Assembly (NCBI GenBank): GCA_951406725.2
Contig: OX597836.1
Coordinates: 50,549,282-50,613,281, forward strand
Direction of reading: 5' to 3'
Length of the DNA: 64,000 nucleotides
Origin: Octopus vulgaris
Taxonomy: Eukaryota
Below, piece after piece: positions 39,701 to 55,790 of the stretch. Each line of letters begins with the position of its first letter. The first letter of the stretch is position 1. Under the pieces are notes generated by a model. That model was not told the origin of the DNA and ran no database searches. It was given only the letters and a program-made list of their open reading frames with translations. A program made the translations under genes and the position numbers.

Positions 39701-41230
39701 GGCATACATAACACATTCTTGGTAATTAGTTTGATTACAGAATTATTGGTTAATTAAAAGTGTTTTGTTTCAATGCTATCCTCTGCTACACAACCTTATT
39801 ACTCAGTACAGTGTGGAGACAAATGTAGATATACAGAGAAACAGGGGGAAACCCCTTGACTTTATATAAATATAAAGACAAAGGGTTTTCACCTGTCCCT
39901 GTATCCAATTCACTGAGGCCCAAATAACTGTTTCCAATTCTGGCACAAGGCCAGAAACTTTGGTGGATGAGGAGGGAGGGTATTAGTTGATTACACTGAC
40001 TCCAGTACTTGGTATGTAATTTATCTTTTAGAGCTTAAAAGGATAAAAATTAAAGTTCACCTCTGTGAGATTTGAACTTACAATTCTGCTGATTGATCGT
40101 CCAGTTATAAATAGTGTCTCCACTGATGGGTTGATCTCAGTCATTAATGACATCCCAATACAGGATTGAAACCAGTCCAGCTGATTACTCTTTCATAGAG
40201 ATAAGGATGTTCTTGATATCCTTAAGAAGAAACTGGCTGATCAGTGTTGAAATGGCCTTGACCATATAGATAGAGGCATGTGATTTCTGGTTAAATTCCA
40301 ATGTGTGGCACCATGAGCAAGTGTCTTTTGCTACAGTCCTGTGCTAATGTATGCCTTGTGAGTGGATTTGGTAGATGGAAACTGTGTGAAAGCCCACCCC
40401 TCCCCACCATTTATCTCTCTTCACTACTGAGGCAGCCATGTATCTCCTGCTCCCTTGCAAGAACCCTTATTTCCAACCCTCTCTCTATTCTGACTGACCA
40501 GTTCTTGTCAAAGAGTCCAACCCATGCTAGCATGTAAAACAGACATATGATGATGATGATGATATACATATATATGTCTATATGTGTGTCTTTATGTCTG
40601 TGTTTGTCCTTATAACTTAGCGGTTCAGCAAAAGTGGCTGATAGATTAAGTACCAGGCTCAAAAGATAAGGACTGTGGTTAAACTGTTCCTTTCAAGGTG
40701 GTGCTCCAGCATGGCAGTAGTCCATTGACAGAAACAAGCAAAAGACATATCTGTTTGCACTGAAATGACCTCCTGAGTCAAAGCAACAACAACATGACTC
40801 ACATAACAATGAGAGTCCCTGCATCAGACTCCAAAACACTGCACCACAGTGAACACTAGAACACAAACCTAGCCTGATCATCAGGCATGGTCAGGTGGTC
40901 ATGAAGCTTACTTTGGAACCAGGTGGCTCCAGGTTCAATTTCACTTTGGGCAAGTGTTCTTGTCTACAGCTTTCAGTGGAACAATACTCTGTGATTGAAA
41001 TTTCATAAACATAAGCACAGAAACAGACATAGTTTATATCCTGTCTGACCGAACTATCTCTTCCTCCACCAACTTCCACTTTGCATCTTGAGATGGGAAG
41101 TTGGAACATTCATGCCTTTTCTAATGATAGCTGATTAATACACATATAAATCAATCACCAACCTGTACTTTTCCATTGACACTTCATTGCCATCAATGTC
41201 GTTGGCCTTGTAGCTGTAAAAGTCGAATCC
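33734..41230 (-). CDS. GPX4: Selenocysteine glutathione peroxidase, GPx4/PHGPx-like, 5' partial; complement(join(33734..33766,35184..35268,38256..38401,38875..39022,41163..41230)); TGA=Sec at 38983-38985
   Basis: Spliced product: [159 protein letters not shown]. All three GPx signatures and the U/Q/W/N tetrad are present; GT-AG introns with matching phases. Confidence 0.92.
33921..34306 (-). mobile_element. Non-autonomous Helitron-like element
   Basis: Minus strand has 5' TC, subterminal GC hairpin and CTAG 3' end, inserted between A and T; similar to 35827-36195. Confidence 0.72.
35184..35268 (-). CDS. GPX4: GPx4-like exon ([28 protein letters not shown])
   Basis: cag/gtaag, 85 nt, WNF.KFL signature. 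Confidence 0.93.
35827..36195 (-). mobile_element. Non-autonomous Helitron-like element
   Basis: Same family as 33921-34306; TC...CTAG termini at an A/T site. Confidence 0.72.
37720..38096 (-). mobile_element. Diverged family 1 SINE
   Basis: Recognisable head (cagtgggactgaac..accatgtg) and tail (ggccatactggggcaccacc). Confidence 0.65.
38256..38401 (-). CDS. GPX4: GPx4-like exon ([12 protein letters not shown]...AHPLW...GSLW)
   Basis: ttcag/gtaag, 146 nt; [17 protein letters not shown] motif. Confidence 0.93.
38875..39022 (-). CDS. GPX4: GPx4-like catalytic exon with Sec codon (NVASK-U-GLT...[11 protein letters not shown])
   Basis: tttcag/gtttgt, 148 nt; the only in-frame TGA falls exactly at the GPx redox residue. 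Confidence 0.93.
41163..41230 (-). CDS. GPX4: GPx4-like exon ([23 protein letters not shown]), most 5' exon found
   Basis: ttttgcag/gttggt, 68 nt; DIDG..V...KYRG motif, phase 2 junction fits the next exon. Confidence 0.9.
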
Positions 41231-41375
41231 CTGCAAAATAATAACAATGATTATATGTGTGTGTGCGTACATCCCATCAATTTTCAGTTATAACTTACCT
41301 GAAGAACTTATACACCTACAGATGATTTTACTTAGTTTGATGTGGCTTTTCTCAAACACAGCAATTGCCAGAATG

Positions 41376-41420
<45 letters not shown>

Positions 41421-41423
<3 letters not shown>

Positions 41424-41630
41424 TAATCCAAACAAGAAAGCACAAAAAAACACAACAACGCGAGGACGTGGAACAAATATAGTATTATTGGATGCTCAGG
41501 AAAGAAGGAGGGTTTAACGTTTCGAGCGGAGCTCTTCATTGGAAACATAGGAGAAGGAAAGATCCAGAGAAGGGAAGACAGAGGAAAAAAAAAAATCACC
41601 AATGGTACACACGCGGTCACATTTTGAATA
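41421..41630 (-). repeat. Short interspersed repeat inside (AT)n, related copy at about 7490-7633 in opposite orientation
   Basis: gttaatccaaaca..aaaacacaacaacgcgaggacgtggaa is the reverse complement of 7584-7633. Confidence 0.65.
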
Positions 41631-43571
41631 TATATATATATATTGGTTTTTGTATTTGGTTTAAAAGATTCTTGATGTGAACTCGTGAAGGTAATTATGC
41701 CAATAATAAAATAAACATGCACTGGTTCTATTTCACTTCTTTATTTGTCAATTGGTTAAACCAATTGACTAATTGACTGTTTGATTCATCATTCTGTCAA
41801 TCAATCGGTCAATCAGCTCAGTTTGTCAAACTCCCGTTCATCAGCAGGCTCTCTCTCATATATATATATTTCAAGTGTGTCTGTCTGTCTGTCTCTCCTA
41901 CTCAACATCACCATTTATGACCTTGTTCCATGCCGGTCTGGGTCGGATGGGTTCTCACAGTTTGATATTAATTCTAGGAGCCATAATGTTCCCACTTGCA
42001 CTTTTAGTATGGATTCTGCAGTTGGATGTTATTCTTGGCATCAACCACTTTACAGATGTGTCCATGACTGAGTAACTGTGGACGATAGGAGAGTGATAAC
42101 TGGGAGAGGGGGTAAAAGGAGAGAGAGAGAACTACATGCTAGTTGTTGGGCAGGAGACTGAATAGAAAGCAGCAGGATGGGATAGCAATAAAGGTGTGTG
42201 AAGGTAACTGGAAGCAAATGATGGATAACAACAAAGGGAGGTAATAGAACTGAAAGTGGCAGGTATCAATTAAGAATAACAATGTGGGGAGAGTAAGGGG
42301 AGAGGAGAGAGAGAAAGATTGAGGGAGAGTCTGGTATAATGAATATGGAAGGGATGGATGGGATTTTTCAGCAGCGAGGTGCAGTTAGGGTTAAATAGAA
42401 AACTGAGAAGGATGATGGGATTACCAGAGAAAAATGGGAGGTAGGAGTCAATTGAGACACTCACATAGGGAAGGTTAGAGGTATGTGCTGATGTGAGTTT
42501 GAGATATTGGAGGTGTGCACATATGATGGTCAGCACTCATCATACAGGTATTGTGATGGAGAGGCAGAAGGACTGGCTACAGACAAATCAAACTGCCATT
42601 CCCTGCTGCAGGAATGTGCTGAGCTCCAATATTTTTTTTCTTTGATATGATTTCTAAGTCTGGATGCTCTTTCTAATGCCAACCACTTTGCAGAATGTAC
42701 CAGCTGCTTTTATTGAGCCACTGGCACAAGTGAGGTCACCAAACCCCAAAACGTCTGCCTGTCTGTACAGATGTGCTGCTGTGTCTGCATCTGCTTGTTC
42801 GCAGCTGAGCATCTTATGAAAATTCCTTTACAAATGATGTTGATGGTGGTGTTGTCATCATCCTTGGACTTTGTGACATTAATCAAATAAGAGATTCTTT
42901 ACTTGAAATGCAAGGTTAGTGACAGGAAGGGCATCCGGCTGTCAAACAATGTCTCAATAATATACTCATCTAACTCATGCTAGTATAGAAGCAAGGACAT
43001 AAAACAAACAGAAACTATATATGTGTGTGTGTGTGTGTCTGTATTTGTCTCTCACCACTGCTTGACAATCAGTGTTGGTGTTTATCTCCCTACTTAGTGG
43101 TTTGGCAAAAACGACTGATAAAATAAGGACCAGGTTTTACAAGAGAAAATAATAAGGACTGGGATCAATTTGTTGGACTAAAACTCTTCAAGTTGGTGCC
43201 CCAGCATGACCACAGTCTAATGACTGAAACAAGGAAAAGATATATATATACACACAAAGTAAGTTTGGGGTTATGGGTGCAACCCACTAAGGGATATATA
43301 TATAAGATATAAGTTGGATGTATGAAAACCATCTAAGGGATAGATGCATCGAGAGACACTCCTGGTAATTACCTGAGTATATATGGTCCTTGTTATAAGG
43401 TATATGGTAGTGGTAATTTAAAAGGTAAACCATAATTTAATGTATACAACAACGATAAGAAAATGGAGAAATAAGTAACAATGAGAAGTGGATCTTTGGT
43501 GTTATGAAGCCATTATTTAATTAATTAAGATGAGAGTATGTTTACAACTGATATACATCTTTGCTTTCTTT

Positions 43572-43628
43572 GTTCTGAGGACGTCAATCAATTGCACCCC
43601 AGCCTGATATACGGAAACAGATGTAAAC
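43572..43628 (+). ncRNA. Candidate minimal type I hammerhead ribozyme inside a fold-back cassette (43452-43722)
   Basis: gtt-CTGAGGA-cgt..atca/tgat..acg-GAAA-C-agat-G-TA^aac. Core intact, but stem I is only 3 bp. Confidence 0.55.
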
Positions 43629-43734
43629 TTACTCAAACATACTCCCATCTTAATTAAATAATGGCTTCATAACACCAAAGATCCACTTCTCATTGTTATT
43701 TATTTCTCCATTTTCTTATCGTCTTTATATATAG

Positions 43735-44131
43735 ATGTAGGAGTGGCCTGTGGTAAGTAGCTTACTTACCAACCACATGGTTCCGGGTTCAGTCCCACTG
43801 CATAGCACCTTGGGCAAGTGTCTTCTACTATAACCTTGGGTTGACCAAAGCCTTGTGAGTGGATCTGATAGATGGAAACTGAAAGACGCCTGTCATATAT
43901 ACATATATATATATACACATGTAGGTATGTATATTTATGTATCTGTGCTTGTCTCTGCACCATCGTTTGACAACCAATGTTGGTATGTTTATGTCCCTGT
44001 AACTTAGCAGTTCGGCAAAGAGACTGATAGAATAAGTACTAGGCTTACAAAGAATAAGTCCTGGGGTAGATTTGTTCGACTAAAGGCCGTGCTCCATCAT
44101 GGCCATAGTCAAATGACTGACACAAATAAAA
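43735..44131 (+). mobile_element. tRNA-head SINE, family 1, full length
   Basis: Collinear with 13666-14073. Confidence 0.82.
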
Positions 44132-47100
44132 GACTATACACAGACCACATACATATACAGACACATCGAATGTATATAAACATGTTGTAACCAGAGATGT
44201 TTTCAACAAGTTCCGACGAACCCATTTCCATGCTAATACTAAGTGTGTGTATATAAAGTGCACCTACGCATTGCATATATGGTTTATACACATACTTGCC
44301 CAAACAAATGAAAATTGGACAACTAATGGAGGTTCCATTTCATTAATTAAGATTCCAGTTGACCAAAATTCTGGCTACACCCAAATATATATACATTTGC
44401 ACAATATCTGTAATGTATACACACATACATTTACATGAGATATGCGATGTATACATAAGCCTCATATACACACACACGTGGTGTGTGCAATGAATTGGAG
44501 GGCTTTTAATTGCAGGGACTAATAAATGTAATTAAATCCTGTTGAACTGGTAGCAATCAAGTTTTTACTATAAGTATAGAATGGCTGTCACAAAACACAG
44601 CATATCCTCTCACTGTTTTAAGTATTCAGGCCAATCCCTACCCTCATCCACGACCACCACCACAGACACCAGAGTTCCGCTTTCCAACTGGGTATCATCA
44701 ACTGAAGTAATCTCACTAATCTAGGGCAGGTTTCAAAAGAGGCATGAACACTGATGCCCTCTTTTTTTTTATGAGAACAGAGGTGGTGGCGGGGGGGGGA
44801 CACAGGTTTCTCCTCACTGATAAAAATTGATAAAATATCAACACAATTGAGAGATAGCCTGCATGTTCAACCTCTGAGAAATCAACATCACAATCAGCAC
44901 TACCAACTAAAAACCAGGACACTTGGATAATGTGGCAGTCCTAGATACACTTTTATCTGACAAAGGAGAAAAATAAAAAAATAAGGGGTGGGGCGGGGGT
45001 TAGTGTCAACAGTTGAGAAAACTTTGATCACATGCTAACTCAATGAAGGTGGCGTGGGAATGAAGGGCCTGGAGATTAAACAACAAGCGTCCTTTTAAGA
45101 CTTGTTCCAAATCTGAAAAATTAGATTCTCAACCTTTGAACCAGCTTGCTGGAGATAAATGCTTCACCAAGTCAAACAGACAAGAAAACAGGTTCTAATA
45201 TCTAACCAAACCAGCCTTAATTATTTCTTTGTTGAAAGAAAGGAACTCTCAGCCAGCTAAATATAACCCACACATTGATGATAATGATGCTAGTTACAAT
45301 GGTATCCTGGTCATTAACTAGGTCAGTTTACTCATTCAGATACTTATGTACAACAAGCCTCTATGTAGTACATATATACACATACACACATGTATATATG
45401 TGTGTGTATGTGTGTGTATATATATATATATAAGCACATACATGTACAGAAAGAGTGAAGTGTTTATAGTTAGGAACAAAACCTATTGTATGCAATATAG
45501 ACAAAGACCATTCTTTCTTATTTTCAGGGTGCTGTTTCTAGCAGGTTGAATGGCTGTATAGAGCATTCTTTACTGGCTTGAATAGAGTTATTATTACATG
45601 TTTATGAGTGTAATATACACACACATGTGGTGTTTGTATTTTATAAACAGGCTTCTTTCAGTTTGTCAACCGAATCCACTTCCAATATATTTTATGCAGT
45701 CATAGATTACGGCTGGCCAGAAAGTTACCACTGGTCTTGTGTCTGTTTTCTTGCTCTTAGCAATATGTAGACGACCCATGAGACCTGCTGGTCAGCATTT
45801 AGCCTCTTTACTGCTGGAAGTAGGAATACAGTCTTGGTTGGCAAGGTTGTGAAAAAAATACCCTGAAATGAAATTCTTCAAAGCAAAAACTCTTTGTAAG
45901 CAAGATGGAGTTATCTCCCTTCAGATGGTTCCAGTTGCAAGTGGAGAAGTCCATGTGTCCAACATGAATTTTCTCTCATTAGGGCACCAACTAAACATTT
46001 CACTTTAGAAAGGTTATGTGCTTCCAGACAGCAAGTCTAGTGAGTTGTCTATATCGTTAAGAGCAATAATAGATGTGAAATCAATGATAACTTTCTGACA
46101 GGACATAACCAGTGAATACATTAACCCATTAACTTTAAAAAAAAAAAAATTTGTAGTGGCATCCATGCCAAAACTGATACTTCAGCAGGATGTGGTCCTC
46201 TCACTCGTCAGATCCTGTCAACACATCCAACCCATGCCATCAGAGAAAGCAGACATCATCATCATCAAGAAAATAAAATCAACTTTTCTATGTTCATAAG
46301 GAATTTTCTGGGGCATTTTCTAAGGCTGGATGCCCTTCCTGTTGCCAACATCACCTGTTTGCAAAGCAAAGAGATATTCTCTGATGACCAGAGATGTTTT
46401 CACAGAAGACTGGAAATGAAGGACACTTCTTGCTCGATGGTGACATTTACACAATGTCAAGTAACACACACACACACACACATACACACTGAAGTGATAT
46501 CTCTGCCACACCACTATAGTTACCACTGCTACCTACCATCACCATAGCAACTCTCCCACCACCACTACACTTATCCCTTTATTGTTTTCTTTGTGACAGA
46601 CCTTGGAATATAAAACAAAACAAAAGAAAATCAATAAACCAACAGGATTAAGGCTGGAGGATAGAATTACAAATCCCCCTTAAGCAGACATGAACTCTTA
46701 TTAGTCACCTGTTGTTGTCATTACAAACTTTTTCTAGATGAGACATTAGCACTGACAAATCAGAAGTATTTCTATTGTTAATAATAATATTGCTTGCTTG
46801 GAGATTGCAGTCAAAAGCAGAACATTGTCAAGATTTTGGTGTCCTGATCCATCCTTTGTCAACGTACTAAGTTTTCGTTGTTTTCTAGAATATACTTTCA
46901 GTCTGTGCTTATTATTTTGCCCCTTTGACATTTATTGTATAAGTACAGCTCGGCATGTAGTTCTTGTATTGCATTTTTATAGGCAGGGGCCCCTCCGACG
47001 ATATAACAAAAGAATGTTATTATGGAAGATAGTAGTTTGATGTCGTTCCAACAAACTGCTCAAGACAAAGCTAATTCAACTGATAATAATAATAATAATA

Positions 47101-47450
47101 ATAATGTTTGTAATATAATGATATTATGGGGGAAACAAGTTAGTTGATTATATTAACCCAAGTATGTAACTGGGTGACAAAATAAAGTACCAGTCATGTA
47201 CTTGGGTTGATATAGTTGACTGACCCTTACCCAAAATTTCAAACCATATGCCTACGTTACAAATTACTACTACTACTGGTGGTGGTGGTGGTAGCAGCAG
47301 CAGTAGTAGTAGTAGTAGTAGTAGTAGTAAGATGAAGATGAGGAAAAAACAGCAGCAGCTTTATGCTTCTTGAAGCCAAATTAAATCTCATTCCAGGTCA
47401 GCCCTGACTGTCCTGGTGTTAAAAGATGGATTAAAATAATTTGAAACAAG

Positions 47451-47680
47451 CACAGGAGTGGCTGTGTGGTAAGAAGCTTGCTTTCCAACCACATGGTTCT
47501 GTGTTCAGTCCCACTACATGGCACCTTGGGCAAGTGGCTTCTACTCAGATCAACCAAAGCCTTGTGAGTGGATTTGGTAGATGGAAACTGAAAGCCCATC
47601 ATATATGATTGATTGATTGATTGATTGATTGATTCTAGTTTCAGCTTATGAGCTGTGGCCATGCTGGGGCACCGCCATTT
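47451..47680. mobile_element. Family 1 SINE 5' half (+) joined to a 74-bp 3' tip of the CR1-group LINE (-, 47607-47680)
   Basis: (gatt)n-ctagtttcagcttatgagctgtggccatgctggggcaccgccattt is the reverse complement of 60376-60445. Confidence 0.75.
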
Positions 47681-48195
47681 TATATATATAAAGAAATAAT
47701 ATTTGTCTCTTTTTTATAGAAACAAAAAAACAGGGGGGTGGGGTCATTGCTGTGATGCACTTTCGTGTAATTGAACTGTGGTGCTGAGCTCCCGAAATAG
47801 CCATTGATGTATTTGTATTGACCTTGTGGAAAGTCTGTTTGCTATGAACTTTAACCTACCATGGTTTTAAAAATTGAACTTTGGACGTACTTTGTATGAA
47901 TAAAAAACACTTTCAAAATATTTTAATCGTTTTTTATTTTATCTTAGTTTTTTGGTAGAATGGCACACTGGAATTTTTATGAATTTTTAGTCATTTATAT
48001 TTACTTTTTGTTAGGCTATTCTATTTGTATTTTATTCGTATATATATTTTTACCTTCTGTATTTTTATGTATGTGTATATATTTTAATATGTTTAAAAAC
48101 CATGGTGATATTTACATATGATCAAATGTTTGAGGTATGGTGTTAGATATAAAGTTGACTCGAATTTAATGTTTGTTCTATGACCAATGTTTCTT

Positions 48196-48265
<70 letters not shown>

Positions 48266-50562
48266 CGAGCAAAACGCCCCACCACCACCACCGTCCAATG
48301 GACAGTGCTGAGTTGTCAAACATTTAAACCAAATTTTCTCAAAACAACTTGTATGACCGTCCCATAGGCTTCTCCTTTGAGAAACACTGATTTAACCTAA
48401 ATTTGAGACACCAGCAAAAGAAGAAATAAAGATAGACTTTTTTTTCTATTCCAAAGAAAAACGATTTTATTCACACAGATATGCAACCGAAGAGTTTAAA
48501 GTACCAGTAATGATAAGGCTGTTGACTGGGAGAACACAAACATGGTTTAAACAGTAAGCTTGGCAGGAAAGAAACGTGCCTTTAAGCAGTACAAAAACAA
48601 CAAAAAATGGAAGATGCAGTTATATACAGGTTGACGGAAGAAAAGCAGGACAAAAACGATGCATGCAAATGGGTTAGCTGGAGGTAAATCTAGATGGAAA
48701 AGCATGATGAATTTATGAGATCATACCTGGGACAATAGTAAGTTTAACTGATAAAACATGTAGGAAATCAACGTGGGGCGATTTTTGATGAAAAGCAACC
48801 ACCTAGGGAACTAACTAATTTTAAGCTAACTTACTTTACAGGATGTTCAAGGGCATGGAAAAGCTAGTGGCAACAGCTGATGTACTTGCGCGTACAAATG
48901 CACGTTCCCACGGCTTTATCGATCACATTCTCACCTGGAATTGATTTTTGTAATTTTTTCAAGACTTATACACGCCCTGATACCGTCAGTATCTACATAT
49001 CAAATTTGAGCGCAATCGGATGGAAGATGCCTGAGATCCTAGAAGACGCACACACAGACAGACAAAATGGATTTTATATAATAGATATAGATATGCGTGC
49101 ATGTGTGTGTGTCACCTATGCAATAAAATGTAAAGGTTTGTATTTTATTTTAGGTGAAAATTTATTTTTTCTTGTACACTACTGAAAAATAGAAATAGTA
49201 GTTTGTTGTAAATCATTTAAAATTTAGTGAATACAACTCCTTCTACCACTTGAAATTACTAGTTTTGAGGTGGCTAAACTGTTGCATTACACCTTCATTT
49301 AGTAAAACTGTCAATACTATTGTAAGGTAAATCTATTATTTCCAAAGTAAATATTTATTGATAAACAGAAAAATGTGAAAAAAACTAAAAATAGAAGTTA
49401 TGAAAATATTCCTTATTGTGAATAAAAATAATTCACCGTGACTTGTCATTCACCACTTTATGTTTGGCAGAGGCAAGTTATTGAGCTGTGAAGTTGTAAA
49501 CAAAATTATTATTAAAAAATGTCTGCCACATCTAGTGGTACTTTATTTCACTGATCCCCGCTCTACCCCAGAGAAAGGACGAGAGATGAAGTTGATCTGG
49601 GATGGATTTGAGTGTGAAGAGCTCAAAGAAATGCTGCAAAACATTTTCCCCACACTCAAACAATTCTGCCACAAATATTACCAACCTATTTATTCAATAT
49701 TACACACATATTTACATATGTGAAAGCTTTCGTATGGTTACTCAAACAGCTAGAAATACCAGTCAAATCTCATTCAATCACCCATAAAGACACATTTATA
49801 CAGAGCTAGCAGAATATGAAATAGGATATTTTAAAAAGAAACATTTTGTTTTTGTTAAACAGCATAAAAAGATTACTTAACAATTGCTGAGAAAACAAAC
49901 AAAATATCAAAAGTTTATCCTATTAAAAGGCAGGTTAAGTTCACATCTATTTTTTTCTGAAAATGGAGATAAGTTAACTTCTTAATTCATTCAAAGACTC
50001 ATTTCATTTAAACTGAATATATTTTATATTAAAAAGGTAGCATTTCAAATGGGCAGGCAATTTCACACTGAAAATGTGGCCATCTGGCTGTCGGGTATTG
50101 AACTAGTACACATACATAAAGAAGTGAAGGTTGAGGATAGAATGTCAATGGGTGGAGCTTTTGGAATGGCTGTCAAACCTCAAAGGGTAGGAAAAGGGAG
50201 GGGTAGGGGCAAATACGTAAAAAAAACAAACATAATAAATAAGTTTTTTTTTCATAATTATAATTTTCATTGTATAAATCACAAGAATACTATAATATAT
50301 ATTCTTTAAAAAATGGAGTATGGAAAACCCACTCAGTTATTTGCTTATGAGTTAATGATAGGTATTCCAAAATGCCACATGTTGGTATCCATAGTCTGCT
50401 CAGTCAAGGGTGACCTGGGCAAAACAAAACCAGTTTACCTGACTAAAAGGTATCATGTAATTAAATACTTGCCAAACTCTTGTTTATGGGACTTTCCCAT
50501 AGAGATCTAACATTAGGCAAGTTTAAATGTGTAGCAGATTTTTTCTTAAAGAAGACTGAATA

Positions 50563-51075
50563 TCTATATATATAAAACTGTAGTTGTGTGAGTGTCTGTC
50601 CCCTTAGATTTAGATTCCTAACTACTCCCACATTTTGCGGTGCAGTTCAACCAAATTCGGGTATCTTATAGTCGTGATTCATATCGAGCCCGTCTGGGTA
50701 TTAGCGCGCGTCTACGATGAGTCTACGATTTTAAAAATAATTTAACATAATTTTTTATTCCATTTTAATGCATAATTTTTCGTGTGTTGATGGCGGCGGA
50801 GTTGGCGTCCATGGTCACACCTGCACCTGTTTGCTTCTCCCTCTTCCTCCCTCCCTCGTGAAGCTGTGGGGAAGGGAGTGTAAGGAAATCAACGTCGTAA
50901 AGCGTTGTCAAGGAGACCAGCGTTCTTTTAGAACAACGACTTCATGGCTTGAAGACACCAAAACAGAAATGGCTAAGAAAGCCCGAATTGGCATCTATAA
51001 GGGAAGTAACTCTCTAAAAATGCTTATATAGTTATTTCCCTTACAAACCCGAACAACGCCAGGCGATACTGCTAA
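50563..51075 (+). mobile_element. Non-autonomous Helitron-like element, apparently complete
   Basis: a|TCTATATATATAAAA ... cccgaacaacgccaggcgatactgCTAA|t: TC start, hairpin, CTRR end, A/T target, no TSD. Confidence 0.75.
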
Positions 51076-52012
51076 TTAACTATAATAAAAGGTAACATTT
51101 TTCACGCTCCAGTCAGATTGGTAAACAGAAAGTAAAATAACAAATGGAGTGCGAGTGAGTGACAGCCAGAGATGCTAAATGCAGGTGAACTGTGGTGAGA
51201 GGTTTTACTCTGCAGTAGCTGGTATTTTAATCAAAATTAAACTGCAAAGTTTATCAATTTCAAGTACATTTATGTGTGTGTGTGTGTGTGTGTGTGAGAA
51301 ATTAAATATTGAACTCTTTTTTTTTCAAAATATTATTCATATAATATTTATAAATTCTCTCTATATACTTTTGTTTTTAAAAATTTTTTTGTGTTAGTTG
51401 TTTTTCTATGATTGCGCTTCCTGAAACAAACCCTTATTTCTTTTTCCAAGTAAAGGTTAACAAAATTTACACATCTTCCAAACAGAAAATTGCTGATATG
51501 AAGTTGTCAACATCAATTCCAGCATTCTTTCTCACAAATGTAAGCATGTATGTGCACATATGCACATGGATGGGCACCTTGGGCAAGTGTCTTTGGCTAT
51601 AGACCACAGCCAATTAAAAGCCTTGTGAGAAAATTTGGTATGCAGAAACTGAAAGAAGTCCATTATACACACATGATCCAAATCGGATGTGCAATCTATG
51701 TGGATGTATTTTCAAAACTTTCTCTGATTTAAAAAGCCACATCAGATGCTATGATGGTTCTAAGGTGTAGGAAAAGGGAGGTGGTCAAACTCTGCAGAAG
51801 GACCACCACACACACACACATTGCATAATAGTTGTAACCAAGTATCCCTGTCAAGCAAGTGGTGTCTTTTTTTTGTCTCCAATCTACTATGAAAGTATAT
51901 CTGGCCATGACGAAATATTACCTTCCCTGGGAAATGGTGGAGGCTGGAAAGAAGGGCATCCAACTGTAAAAAATCTGGCTGATTCATGCAAGCATAGAAA
52001 AGTGGAGGCTTC

Positions 52013-55790
<3,778 letters not shown>

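Noticed and set aside
41231-41316. Strong donor (CAG/gtaagt at 41299) 68 nt upstream of the first GPx exon found
   Set aside because: The required phase 0 frame has a TAA four codons upstream and no ATG, so it cannot supply the N-terminus; at most a non-coding variant.
41500-41550. Hammerhead-like motif on the minus strand (caatgaa-gagc tcc gctc-gaaacgtta)
   Set aside because: The CUGANGA core is not intact; similar degenerate traces near 5290-5335 and 7800-7840 were also not called.
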